A DNA stretch of 64,000 nucleotides from positions 16,864,001 through 16,928,000 of the forward strand of contig NC_045717.1 in assembly GCF_009834535.1 (NCBI RefSeq), in the 5' to 3' direction. A program made the position numbers and the translations under genes. Shown here in pieces: positions 1 to 16,259 of the stretch (its first letter is position 1; every line of letters begins with the position of its first letter). Below the pieces are notes generated by a model. It searched no databases. It saw nothing but the letters and a program-made list of their open reading frames with translations, and was not told where the DNA came from. The DNA comes from Camelus ferus. Taxonomy: Eukaryota.

Positions 1-331
1 CGCCCCCTCCTCCAACTTCCCACCCCGGGATGGGCTGGGTCCCCCACCCCACAGTACAAGTCTGGGGATCTACGACGTGGAACCAGCTGGGGATGCCTAA
101 TGTGATGGGAGGTGGAGGGGAGAGGGCCAGAGAGCAGCAGACAAGGGTCAGCTCAGGACCCTGCAGGGCCGGATATGGATGCCAGTGTGGAGAGTGGGAG
201 GGTCCCAGGGAAAGCTGGGCTTCCCGCTGTTCCCAGGGTCTGGGAGCTGACCAGCTTCCCACAGGTCCCTCCTGCACCACCCTCTAGCCCATCCCCTGGG
301 CAGCCAGGATGGGATGACAGAGGCCACTTAC

Positions 332-5058
<4,727 letters not shown>

Positions 5059-6129
5059 CTTTTGTTTTCTCCGTCGCCGCCTCAGCCACCGCCTCAGCCG
5101 CCGCCACCGCCACCGCAGCCGCCTTAGCCGCCGCCGCACAGTAACTTCCAGCCACGGCACAGCCCACACTGATGGTGCGGCCGCCCTTCCGTCATTGGCC
5201 CGCCCTCTAGCCCCGCCTCCAGGTTATGCGGTATTTGCGCGCTCCCATTGGCCAAATCCGGCTAAGTCACGCGCCCATTGGTCGTCACGCCTCCACCCTT
5301 CGTGGTCAAGTTCGGTTGAGAGAGCAAAACCCCGCCCGGGACTTGCAAGCGGTGAGGAGTAAAATCCGGAAGTGGGCGGGGGCCCCGCCCCCAAAGCCTC
5401 TTGGGATTTGTAGTCCACAACTCTCGGAGGTCCTGTAGGTCTGTTTCTAGCGTTTGCTACCCTTTTTCATATGGTAGCTTATGGGATTCTCACGGCAACC
5501 CCGGAATAATGCGGACTCACCGTAACAATACTCCCAGCCTCCTCCCTGGAGTTCCAACCTTAGGTTTCAGTGTATCTAAGCTGCTCCCTCACTAGCTTCT
5601 TGAGTATCTTTGAACTGACAGCTCAGACTCTTGTTCAAACACTTCCTGTAGCTCCCTAGTACTCCAGAGATCCAGTTCCACCTCCTCGGCCCCAAAATCT
5701 GGACCTCTCCGGCCACCCTCGACCACCTTTTATCCCTATCCCTGTCCAATCCCTCCTCCCTGTGGCCGTCCCAGATCTTACCACCTCCTCCAGGAAACCT
5801 TTCCTGGCTGCGTTCTTCCCAAGACTAAATCAGGTGCCTCCTCTAGGCTCCAGAGCCCTCACAATCCTCCGCCCAGCCCTGACTCCACTGTGTCCAAACT
5901 TCCTGGGTACGATCAAGCTTCCCACCCCCTCACCAGCCTTACAGCCTGGAGAGAACAAGGACTTATTGAGGAAGTACTCAATATGACAACGCAGTGAAAG
6001 AGAAAAGAGCACCTCATTTTATAGGAACCAAATGCACCTCAAAGAGCTAAGGTCTTGCTCAAGATCACACAGCCCATTTCCAAGGGATAGGTGATGAATT
6101 CAAACCCTTCCCACCTCACTACAAGCCTT

Positions 6130-6460
6130 TCTGGAACTGAGAATTATGACATTTTATAAGACAAGTAGAAATTTAAATATTTATTAGACTTTTAATGACA
6201 TTAGGAATTACTGACCATTTTTCTAAGCTCTGAAAAGTTTTGCGAATATGTATTAAAGGGTCTTTATCTTGGAGAGATGCGTTCTGAAGTATTTACAGAA
6301 GAAATAACCTGATGCCTGAGATTTGCATCTCAGGAGAGGGCAGGATGTGTTGCAGGTATTGGTGGTCAGAGAGGTGTACAAGGTCACACGGGCGTTCACT
6401 GTACCATTCTGTGGACTGTTGCTTATGTTAGAAATTCTTCCTAATTCAAAAGCGTAAAAA
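6130..6460 (+). mobile_element. Old L1 (L1M-type) 3' end fragment
   Basis: AT-rich; 'gaagtattta...ttcactgtaccattctgtggactgttgcttatgttagaaattcttcctaatt' resembles an L1M 3' UTR end. Confidence 0.5.
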
Positions 6461-6625
6461 GGCACTTGGCAAGGTCTGAGTTCCCATTCCGCCTTCCAGA
6501 CCAATCCAAGATTTCTCCCCCTGGGCCACCAGAAATTTGAGGAGGATTCATGTCCGTCCGAGTCCGACTCGTCGCTGCTCTCCAGCTCCCAACAAAAACG
6601 GTGGTAGGCTAAGCGAGGAAAATGC

Positions 6626-6631
6626 TTTAAT
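6626..6631 (-). terminator. MRPL34 poly(A) signal (ATTAAA)
   Basis: tttaat on the + strand, about 45 nt past the stop codon. Confidence 0.65.
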
Positions 6632-6675
6632 AGTGGCGGGGGGGGGGGGGATCCCCGCCGGCAGCGTCGCGCTCC

Positions 6676-7205
6676 TCAATGGCTCAATGATTTGCGGCCC
6701 TTGTGCATGCGGCGAAGAATGACCTGGACGCCAGCTGGCGTGCTCAAACGCCGTATCCAACCGTGCTTGTGCTTGCGTTTGATGTTACTCGGCTGATACT
6801 CGTTCCCGCGCGCCTTGCCCCGGGTCTGCTGCATGGCGGGGTGTCCCCAAGCGTCGGGAAGACCCAGCCAGGCCCGGGGCTGGAGCCACCTGCAGGGGTA
6901 GAGAGACGGCGAGAAAGGTCAGAGGGGGCGCTGTGTTACTTCTGCGTGGAGCTCAACCTCTTCGAGCTTCGGCTTCCCGATTCGTGCTGTGCCCGGACAG
7001 AGCCTGGCAACAAAACACGCTTCAGGAGTTCGCAAGGCATTGGCAGGTCATGTAGTCAGTAAACAGCTGGCGCCAGCCCCCGACACCGCCCTTACTCCCA
7101 GATTTGGGAATGGGTCCCCCTGAGGACTCACCTGTCACCCAGTAGCGCCGCTGACCTACTGACGGGGCCCAACAGGCGACCCACAGATCTGACAAAGAAA
7201 GCCAT
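6676..7205 (-). CDS. MRPL34: 39S mitochondrial ribosomal protein L34 (95 aa, 2 exons)
   Basis: Exon 1 7205-7132 ([24 protein letters not shown], Arg/Ser-rich presequence). Exon 2 6889-6676 ...[44 protein letters not shown] (bL34 signature). 288 nt in total, in frame. Confidence 0.97.
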
Positions 7206-7229
7206 GTCCAACTGCGTGTCACGTTGTCC

Positions 7230-7500
7230 CGCGGCCACTTTTCCAAAGCCGGTAGGTTCCGCAGTGCGGAATGAGGACTTCTGGGCAACGTAGTTTCTCC
7301 TACAGCGGAGCACGCATGCCGCGGGGGCCTCCGGAAGTTGTAGTTCTACGTCTGCACTGTATACTTCAGACGAGAGCGTCTGTGCCCACAGAGGTGTGTG
7401 GACCAGCAAGTGGTAGGCGAAGGGCACCTCCTCCGCATGCGCGTGCATACTAGCTCTTATATCCTGGGGTCTGCTGGGAGTTGTAGTTCTTTCTCCTGCA
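7230..7500 (-). promoter_or_regulatory. MRPL34 promoter (divergent from ABHD8)
   Basis: CCGGAAGTTGTAGT (ETS plus ACTACA) 7331-7344, NRF1-like GCATGCGC near 7435, ACTACAACTCCC (- strand) 7476-7487. Confidence 0.75.
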
Positions 7501-8949
7501 GACCTGCAGAGGGCGCCCTGGGGTAACGGTGGCGCAGCTGGTGGCAGTCTCAGGAAACGGCTGGTTGAATCTCCCACGCCCAGCGGGAGTCGGGCAGATG
7601 GCACACAGCTGGCTGGCAGCTATCCTTTGGCCCCAGCCAAGTCTCCGCCCCTTGGCTGGGAGCCCAGGAGGTCTGAGTTCGAGTTGGCTGGATGTCCTTG
7701 GGGTGGTCATTCAATTTCTCAGTCTGCAAAACTCAAGGTTTGCAGGCTTGTCCTTGGCAGTGCCTCCATTCAGGCCCTAGAAGAATTTTTCTAATTCTCC
7801 TATCTGAGCCCTTTCCCTTCTCACACACCCTCTATGGCTCCCTATTGCCCCAAGGAAAATATCCAGCTCCTCTGGCAGGCATTTGAAACCCACTCTTAAC
7901 ATACGCACACACCCTAAATTTCAGCTACACCCTCCTTTGCCTGGTACACCCCTATTCATCTTTTAAAAATCCTCCTCAGATGCTCTCCCTTCCACCAGTC
8001 CTCTGGCCCATCACTGCTCTCCCCAGACTCTCCTGAAGCCCAGGGGGGCCGTCAAGGGCCAGGCTTGCAGCTGAGTCCCTGCAGGCACCCCAGCATCTCC
8101 CAGTTTGGGGAGGGAGGGAGATTTTTCTGCATGAATAAACTGTAGTCTCCTGGGAGCACCCTGAGTGGGCAAGAGTGGGTGACTGGACCTAATCCAGCTC
8201 TGGCAGCAAATTCCAGGGGATGGGAGTGGGCAAGAAATGGTTAACCCCTTGTCCTCTGAAGCCTGTCCTACCTGCATCATCATTTGGCAAACCACTACAA
8301 TACTACATCGGTACAATAATGCCAATAATGTATCGAATACTTTCCCTGCTGAGTGTTTTACCTGCATGGCAAATTCATGAGGGAATTACTTCATAGGGAA
8401 ATAAATGAAGTCTCTGGACAGAGACTTGCTCAAGGTCACATATCAGCAAAGGGCAGAGACTGAATTTGAACCCTGGGCTCTCTGACTCCAGCTGAGACCA
8501 CAGAGTCACCATTTAAATTGGCCAATGGTTAAACTCTATCTATCTGTGAAACTCTAAATCCCTAATTACCCATAGCTCCAAGACGTCCGTTTACTGGTTA
8601 AATAACAATTTCTGGGACTTGCAATCACACAATCGTGGTTCCAAGTCCCATCTCTGTGCCTCCCCCGCCCCTCCTCAGTTTGCTTGGAGGCCCTTTATGA
8701 GCCTCAGTTTCCCCTGCCTGAAATTACAAAGATCTGGGAGACTGTAGAACAGAAAGGTCAGCACAGAGAGAGGGACATAGGGGCTCAGTTTGGAGGGACA
8801 GGGCAGTTCGGAGGCAGAGGCTGGCCAAGGAGATCCTATTTGCGGTGAGGAGGATTCAGCTGCCGCCTCACAGGAGCCCCGCCGACCTCAGGTTGAGACC
8901 CCTTCTCTGCCCTGGACTAGGCCCAATCTCTCCCTCCACCTCTGTAAGA

Positions 8950-9292
8950 TCCCTGAGGGAGGCGGGGCCGTTGCACCCAGATCCCGCCCCCATCCAGAAG
9001 CTTCCGCCCCTGATTGGTAGTCTAACTAGGCCAGGTCATTCCGCAGTTGCTATTGGCCAAGGCGCCAGTCCGTCGGCGCGCGGTCCCGCCTCCCCCGGGG
9101 AGAGACTTAAAGGGCTGGCCCGCTCCGCGGCAGCGGGATGTCCCCGCGCTGACCGCCCCGGGCCCGTGCCCACCCATGTGGATGCGCCCGGTCCGACCCC
9201 GCGCCACCATGTAAACGGCGCCCTCAGACGGACGCTGGCTTCACCGCCTGGGACCCCTCTGCCCTGCCCCGGGCCTCGGGGCCCTCAATGAG
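8950..9292 (+). promoter_or_regulatory. ABHD8 CpG promoter and non-coding exon 1
   Basis: GC boxes, CCAAT boxes (ATTGG near 9013 and 9052), CpG island, donor AG|GTAAGC at 9292/9293. Confidence 0.75.
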
Positions 9293-10522
9293 GTAAGCAG
9301 GGAGGGGGCCCTGTGAGAGGGACATCGAGGCCCCCGGGTCTTCCACTTCGGAGCGGGGTGTCCACAAAGCCCATGCTAGAGCTCTTAGGAAGCCGCGGAG
9401 CCACTGTGGCCTCGACCCCGCCGCAAGGCTGTAGGGCACCCGGGAGGCGGGAGACTGGCTCTGTGGAGGGGAGCTGGCATGGCGCATCTGCGCCCCCCTC
9501 CGCAATCCCGGGCTGGAACCCTGCCGGAGGTGGGGGGCGCGGCCTGCTCCCCTTCCTCCATCAGTAAGTACGGGCCACCGCAGGCGCGGCCTTTGGCATT
9601 CATTTATCCCCGTGGCGCCCAGGATAGGGACGGCGAGGGGTTGGTCCCATCCCCAGGGCTTAAACAATGGGGGTGCACTGCACGAGTATCCCCTTCGAGT
9701 TATGTAACTGCCTGCGGTTGCCATGGACACGGTTGGGGGGGTGCCCAGAGAGCAGGATGGAGGCCTGGAGGCCCCCAGGTTCTCCATCCTCATCTTCACC
9801 ACTGGAGGCTGTGTGTCAGGTCCTCAGAACCCAGAGTACTGATCAGTGGGAACAGAACAGTTTCTCCCAGAGTGTCTGGGCCTCAGCTTGTTGGTCTGTG
9901 AAACAGACCCACTGCACTGTGGTCTTGGGGAGCTGGGCAAGGCCTTCTGGAGCTCAATTTTGAAATCCCTCTCCCAGAGCCTTGCTTTTCAGGAGCCAGG
10001 TGTAGACACCTGGTATCAGGGCTCATTGGGATCTGGGCTGTTTAGGTGCCTTTGGAGCCCTCAGAATGTGCTGGTTTAGTGAAAGTGAGTTAATGAAACA
10101 GTGCATGAATGAATGGATGGATGGATGGTTGAATGGGTTTAGTAAGACGTGACTACAATAAATCTGAGCTGGAGGGTCCTCGGGGGTTGGGCCATATTTG
10201 CCACAATGTCCTCTCCTCTGGGAAGCCTGCCCTGATTCCACCACCTTCTCTATGGATGCCTTTTAGTGTCACCCATAGCCATGTCCTTTGCTCTAGGATA
10301 GACTATGCTGGGCCAGGAAGGTGGCCAACCTCATGCAGGTACTGACCAGACAAAACATCTTAGTGCTTGGTTGGCTTTGGCCCTCCCCAAACTGGAGCCT
10401 AGATGGGGCCTCCCAGTGCAACACATCTGACACGGGTGTGGGGAGTGGGTGCTGTGGGAGTGGAGGAATCCCTGTTTAAACGGCCTTTGAGCTGGCTGTC
10501 TCCCCCAGTCACAGGACACACC

Positions 10523-13500
10523 ATGCTGACCGGGGTGACCGATGGGATCTTCTGTTGTCTGCTGGGTGCACCACCCAATGCCGTGGGGCCGCTGGAAAGC
10601 GTCGAGTCCAGTGATGGCTACACCTTTGTGGAGGTCAAGCCTGGTCGTGTGCTGCGGGTGAAGCATGCTGGACCAGCTCCGGCCCCAACCCCACCTCCAC
10701 CACTGCCGGATACCGCCCATGGGGACCAGTCCGGCTTGGTCCACTGCCAGCGCAGAATCACCGTGTACCGCAATGGGCGGTTACTGGTGGAGAACCTGGG
10801 CCAGGCACCGCGAGCTGACCTCTTGCATGGGCAGAATGGCTCTGGGGAGCCACCAGCCGCCCTAGAGGTAGAGCTGGTGGACCCAGCGGGCAGTGATGGC
10901 CGCTCAGGCCCGGGCAGTGCTGGCAGTGGTGGGCGACGGCGGCGAGCCCGACGCCCCAAGCGGACCATCCACATTGACTGTGAGAAGCGTATCACCAGCT
11001 GCAAGGGCGCCCAGGCCGACGTGGTGCTCTTTTTCATCCACGGTGTCGGCGGCTCCCTGGCCATCTGGAAGGAGCAGCTGGACTTCTTTGTGCGCCTGGG
11101 CTATGAGGTGGTGGCACCCGACCTGGCTGGCCACGGGGCCAGCTCAGCCCCCCAGGTGGCTGCAGCCTACACCTTCTATGCGCTGGCAGAGGACATGCGC
11201 GCCATCTTCAAGCGCTATGCCAAGAAGCGAAACGTGCTCATTGGGCATTCCTATGGGTGAGCCAATGCTGGGGTGGGGATGAGGGTAAGGGGTGGGGGCT
11301 GGCAGGAACTGGACACCCACATACAAAACGCTAATTTCCCTTCTTGAAAAAATCCCATTAACATCTGCCACAGAACAGGGATTCCTGCCACCAATGCTAT
11401 TGTTTCACATTGTTCTAAAGCAGTGTCTCAACCTCCAAATTATTGACATTTTGGATCAAGTAATTCTTTTCTGTGAGGGGCTTTCCTGTGCACCGTAGGA
11501 TGTTTAGCAGCATCCCTGACCTCTGCGCATTAGATGCCACTAGTGCAATGGTCTAGTGATGATCATGGCAATCAGAAATGCCTTCAGATGTTGCCAAAGG
11601 TCCTCTGGTGGGCAGAATCACCCCTGGCTGAGACGCACTGTCTTCGACGAAGTTCAAAAATTGGTTGCTCTGAAGACCCCAAGGGCTCCAAGGAAGGACT
11701 AATTGGAATTCCATACATTTTGTTTATAAGGGCTCAGGTTGCTGTAATTCACTATCCCTTAAATGAGTGATGGATAATACCACCTTTCTTTTGATGAGGG
11801 GGGAGGTAATTAGGTTTAATTGTTTGTTTGTTTGTTTGTTTGTTTATCTAATGGAGGTACTGGGGATTGAACCCGGCACCTTATGTATGCTAAGCACTCA
11901 CTCTTACCACTGAGCTATAACCTCCCCACTCCATCTAGCATTTAAATTAGAGTCCACTCTATGGAAGGCTCTGGGTTGGGGTGACTGATCACTGCCAAGT
12001 GGTACCATTTGGTCCTTTACTCAGGAAGAAAGGCAGGATCTGATCAGCCAGCCAGGTTGAGAACCACTGTTTCAGCAGTTGCAGCCCATGCAATTAGCCA
12101 AGAAAACGAAATGTTATATAAGTTTCCAAAAGAAAGGAAGACAGACTGGAAAGTAACCTAGCTCCTATTTGTTTATATGAAAACATCCCCCAAAATGGAT
12201 GGTTATGCTAAATAATTCCTCCAGTTAAATGACCACCCATCTGTGGAAATACCTCTTACCCCTTAACTATGCTATGAAGTCAGCACAGTTACTATGTGAC
12301 AGATTTGGAGATGGAAGTTCAGAGAGGTTAAGCAGTTTGCCCAAGTGCACCAGTGAGTCACTGGCACAGTCAAGTCCACCCAACTTCTGCTTGTATCCTG
12401 TCCCTCTTTTCAGCAGGAGTTGGCAAATTTTTTTTTGAAGGGCCAAATATTACATATTTTAGATTCACAAGCCATACTGTTGGTCTCTGTTGGAACTTCA
12501 CAAGACTACTCCAGGAAAACAGTCATAATTGTAAACACATGGGCATGGCTTTGTTCCAATAAATCTTTATTTACAAAATATCTGACATATTTACAAAATT
12601 GTAAACTTAGTTGACAAAAACAAGTAGCTAGCCCACAGGCCATAGTTTGCCAAATGAACCCTGCTTTAGGGGGAATGAGGCCTGGACTGTGGGGGCTCCT
12701 CAGGCTGCACCCTTCCACCTTGCATAAGGCCGGCAGATGTGCGATGCCCAGAGGCCGATGAGAGAAGATCCTGAAAGGGAAGGGATATGCAGGAAACAGT
12801 CACCTTCTCTGAGAAGCCAAAGGATTTGTTCAATCAAATAGTTTTCCTGATACTTGGAAATTAATAATTCTTACCTCTTTGGGGGTCATGGTGACTTTGA
12901 GGATTTGATGAAAGGTCTGGATTTGGATCCTCTCCAAAAGAAAACAAAAATCCATGTTCAACACACACACACACAGACACACAATCTCACAATACCAGGG
13001 CATTTGAGGTGCCCCCCCCATCCCTCACCCCCCCCCCATCTGGTGTCCATGGATCCCAGGGGAAGAATCTTGGCCTTCAAGGACCTGCCTCTGGGTGAGG
13101 GGAGGGCATTAACCCCCTCCCTGCTTGTATCCTGCTGACCACTGCCCTTCAACCCTCCCCACCATCCACCTATGGGGCAGGGTCTCCTTCTGCACGTTCC
13201 TGGCGCACGAGTACCCAGACCTGGTGCACAAGGTGATCATGATCAACGGAGGGGGCCCCACAGCACTGGAGCCCAGCTTCTGCTCCATCTTCAACATGCC
13301 CACGTGTGTCCTGCACTGCCTGTCACCCTGCCTGGCTTGGAGCTTCCTCAAGTGAGTGACCCTGGCCCTGCCCTGGCATCTCCCCGAATCGGATGGGAGG
13401 GGAGGTTGTAATGCTGGGGCTGGAATGGGGGACACCCCTGGTGGGCGAGCTGGCACAAGGGCTCCAGCGGTGCCTCCCAAACCCCAGGGCCGGCTTCGCC

Positions 13501-14907
13501 CACCAAGGAGCCAAAGAGAAGCAGCTGCTGAAGGAGGGCAATGCGTTCAACGTGTCGTCCTTTGTGCTTCGGGCCATGATGAGTGGCCAGTATTGGCCCG
13601 AGGGCGATGAGGTCTACCATGCCGAGCTCACCGTGCCTGTCCTGCTTGTCCACGGCATGCATGACAAGTTTGTGCCGGTGGAGGAAGACCAGCGCATGGC
13701 CGAGGTAGGGGCATGACACCCCGGCCACCACACCCCACCACACCCCCCTTGCACAGCCTAAGGGGACCCTGACACAAGTGCTCCAGCCCCAAGGAAGTCA
13801 GAGCTTAGATCAAAAGTCAAAGGTGGAATCCAGGAAGTGGGGCTCCTTGGACAGGTGGTGGGATGTTTGTGCTGCCCCACTGCACATAAAAAGGCACTCT
13901 TCACAGCTGGGATTTGTGATGGGTTACATAATTCTGAGAGAGGGCTTTAAATTAGAAAGGGTCTTTAAATTAGAGTCAGAGATCTTTAGTGCTTAGACTA
14001 GCTCTGGATCAGTGGTTCTTAACCAGGGATAATTCTGTCCTCCAGGGGACATGTGGAAGTGTCTGCAGACTTTTTGGTTGTTACGACTGTGCAAGAGGGA
14101 GGTGCTACTGGTGGCTTCTGGTGTGTGGAGACCAGGGATGCTGCGCTGCCCAACACCCTAGAATGAGCAGGCCTCACTGCAGAAAAAGATCCGGCTCCAA
14201 AAGTCTCAGTAGAGTGGAGACTGAGATACCCTACCTTAGTGTGAGAGACCTTGTCTGCGTCTCTCAGTGATTTCTCACCCAGGTGACTTTGCCCCCTAGA
14301 GACATTGCCCCCTAAAGACATTTGGCAATGTCTGGAGACATTTTAAATTGTCACACTGTGGGGGGTGGCAGGGAGTGGGATGCGATTACTGGCATCTAGT
14401 GATGCTCGAGGCCAGGGATGCGGCTGAGTATCATACAGTGCATGAACAGTCCCTATCCCAGAGTATGATCCTGCCCCAAATGTCACTAGTGCCCAGGTTG
14501 AGAAATCATGCTCTGGACATACTGTAGGCACTTAATAAATGTGGAATGAGTGAATACCGAGTTGGGCTCCAGCAAGGTGACAGGTCACCCTCCAGCTCCC
14601 CCTTGGGTGGAAATGGGGGAATATAGGATAGACTGCAAGAGAGACATCCTGATAGATAGCTAGGGAGTCTCAGGGCAGCCTGGCCCCGAGGTCCGCCATC
14701 CTGCCTCTACCCATCTTGAGCCTGCGTCCTCCGCAGATCCTGCTCCTGGCCTTCCTGAAGCTCATCGACGAAGGCAGCCACATGGTGATGCTGGAGTGCC
14801 CGGAGACGGTAAACACGCTGCTCCACGAATTTCTGCTCTGGGAGCCAGAGCCCTCGCCCAAGGCCCTGCCCGAGCCCCTGCCTGCGCCCCCAGAGGAGAA
14901 GAAGTAG
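10523..14907 (+). CDS. ABHD8: Alpha/beta hydrolase domain-containing protein 8 (430 aa)
   Basis: Coding exons 10523-11256, 13181-13351, 13488-13704, 14737-14907 (1293 nt, in frame). HGVGG motif, GHSYG nucleophile elbow across the exon 2/3 junction, HGMHD and EGSH motifs, ends PAPPEEKK*. Confidence 0.98.
11421..11640 (-). mobile_element. MER20 (hAT-Charlie DNA transposon)
   Basis: Reverse complement follows the MER20 consensus (ACATCCTAC.GTGCACAGG, CAAAATGTCAATA, GGTTGAGA) with CAGTG-like termini. Confidence 0.8.
11788..11927 (-). mobile_element. tRNA-Ala-derived SINE (camelid vic-1-like)
   Basis: GGGGAGGTTATAGCTCAGTGG...GGTTCAATCCCCAGTACCTCCA, then an (AAAC)n tail and TAATTACCTCCC. Confidence 0.85.
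12414..12663 (-). mobile_element. MER58A-like DNA transposon
   Basis: Reverse complement contains GTAAATAAAGATTTATTGGAACAAAGCCATGCCCA and ATTTGGCCCTTCAAAAAAAAATTTGCCAACTCCTG. Confidence 0.75.
14010..14232 (+). mobile_element. MER20
   Basis: CAGTGGTTCTTAACCAGGG...CCAGGGGACATGTGG...CCAGGGATGCTGC... Confidence 0.8.
14265..14510 (+). mobile_element. MER20 (tandem second copy)
   Basis: GACATTTGGCAATGTCTGGAGACATTTT...GGCCAGGGATGCGGCT...GGTTGAGAAATCATG. Confidence 0.8.
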
Positions 14908-15417
14908 CGACTGAGCTGGCCGGGTATCACTTAGTGAGCGCAGGAGCAAGAGGAGGAGGCAGGAGCCGGGTCGGGTCTGCAGCGTGGATCACCTGGGCGG
15001 GCCCTCCGCTCCGGTGGGCGGGATCAGGTCAAGGAGACGCCCCCAGGCCGGCTGGGCAGGACGTGGCATTCGTGGGAGCCAGGTGCGCACAGTGCTCTCT
15101 GCTTCAGTCCTGCGGTGACCATCGGTGTTTCGGGTCCATAGCCGGGCCCCCCGCAGAGGATGACCTTGTACAGAAGCCCTCTCCTCCACAACGCCAGGGC
15201 CGAGGCAGGCCCCCACCCGCTCTCTGTCTTCCGTGTCAGCCATGCTTGATCCTGGGACTCACGAGCCCCCAGGGACCCTCGGGGCCCCTCCCCAATGCCC
15301 GAGACCCCTTACCACCCCCACCCCATTCCTCGGCGCTGGGAGCTATTGTTGCCCAAGGTGGGGAGGGTTTGGGAGGGGGCTAGCGCCACCGAACCTGCAC
15401 ATCTCAACTTGTAACTC

Positions 15418-15423
15418 AATAAA
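15418..15423 (+). terminator. ABHD8 poly(A) signal
   Basis: AATAAA about 510 nt after the stop codon. Confidence 0.8.
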
Positions 15424-15759
15424 AAGTGACAATCCAAGTCTCCGGACCAGTGCTGGATGACTTCAGGACGGGGTCGCCCTGAGCTTGTTTTCCCATGTGC
15501 GGGCTGGACTTATGGTGCCTCCCACTCGGGGCATCTAATTAGAGTAGCCATAATTGATGCCAGCTCCATGCAAGGCCCTGTGCTGGGTATCTTAAACCCA
15601 GAGGTTCGTCAATGCACACTACACAGCAAACTGGTACCTCTTACTGTCCTGTTTTTATCTTACAACTTGATCACTTTTGTCATAAAGATGGTTTTTATTT
15701 TGAATCTTTTTTTGCCTGGTGGAAGGATTTCCCTGCTCAGTGGCCTCTGTATCTTTTTT

Positions 15760-15892
15760 CTTTTTAAGGAAAAAAAACTTTTAAGACGGGAGGTAATTAT
15801 TTTATTTGCTCATTTTTAATGGAGGTACTGGGGATTGAACCCAGGACCCTGTGCATGCTAAGCACACATTCTATCACTGAGCTATACCCTCC
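15760..15892 (-). mobile_element. tRNA-Ala-derived SINE (camelid vic-1-like), second copy
   Basis: GGAGGGTATAGCTCAGTGATAGAATGTGTGCTTAGCATGCACAGGGTCCTGGGTTCAATCCCCAGTACCTCCA plus an A-rich tail with the same TAATTACCTCCC motif. Confidence 0.85.
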
Positions 15893-16035
15893 ACCCCTCT
15901 CTATTGTATTCTAATGTATATATATCTAGATTTATCTGTGGTTTGTGTGGACGGTGGGAGGAGAGATTGGTCTCCTCAGCTGCTGCACCTTTGGTCCTTT
16001 CCCCGCTGGTTTGTGACCCCACATTTAATTTAAAG

Positions 16036-16259
16036 CAGGGGTTCATACAAGGACACTGTCGTACTTTGGCAAATTCAGGAGACATTTTTGATTGCCACAA
16101 CTGGGAGTGGCGGAGGTGGGGGTGGTGAGGGAAGTGCTCCTGGCGTCTGGTAGGTGGGGCCCAGGAATGCTGCCTGACACCCTACAATACACAGGACAGC
16201 CCCCACCGCAAGGAGTAACCTGACCTCAAAGTCAGTAAGGCAGAGGTGGGGAAACCCTG
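16036..16259 (+). mobile_element. MER20
   Basis: TTTGGCAAATTCAGGAGACATTTTTGATTGCCACAACTGGG...CCTACAATACACAGGACAGCCCCC...GAAACCCTG. Confidence 0.75.

Noticed and set aside
7206-7604. Open frame upstream of the MRPL34 ATG (in-frame ATG at 7448)
   Set aside because: It runs through the core promoter motifs, so it is unlikely to be transcribed, and it would mask the mitochondrial presequence. No recognisable protein similarity.
10403-10522. 40-aa N-terminal extension of ABHD8 in the ORF track
   Set aside because: Lies upstream of the splice acceptor (CACAG at 10514), so it is intronic.
13150-13180. G-rich weak acceptors (ABHD8 TATGGGGCAG; USE1 exon 7 GTGGGGTCAG) as unusual introns
   Set aside because: Their donors are canonical U2 type, and exon lengths and phases fit without any special mechanism.
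15820-15892. Possible tRNA-Ala(AGC) gene (also 11852-11927)
   Set aside because: Substitutions relative to the tRNA-Ala sequence, a shared non-tRNA 3' tail and an A-rich end in both copies, and no immediate TTTT terminator. These are SINEs.
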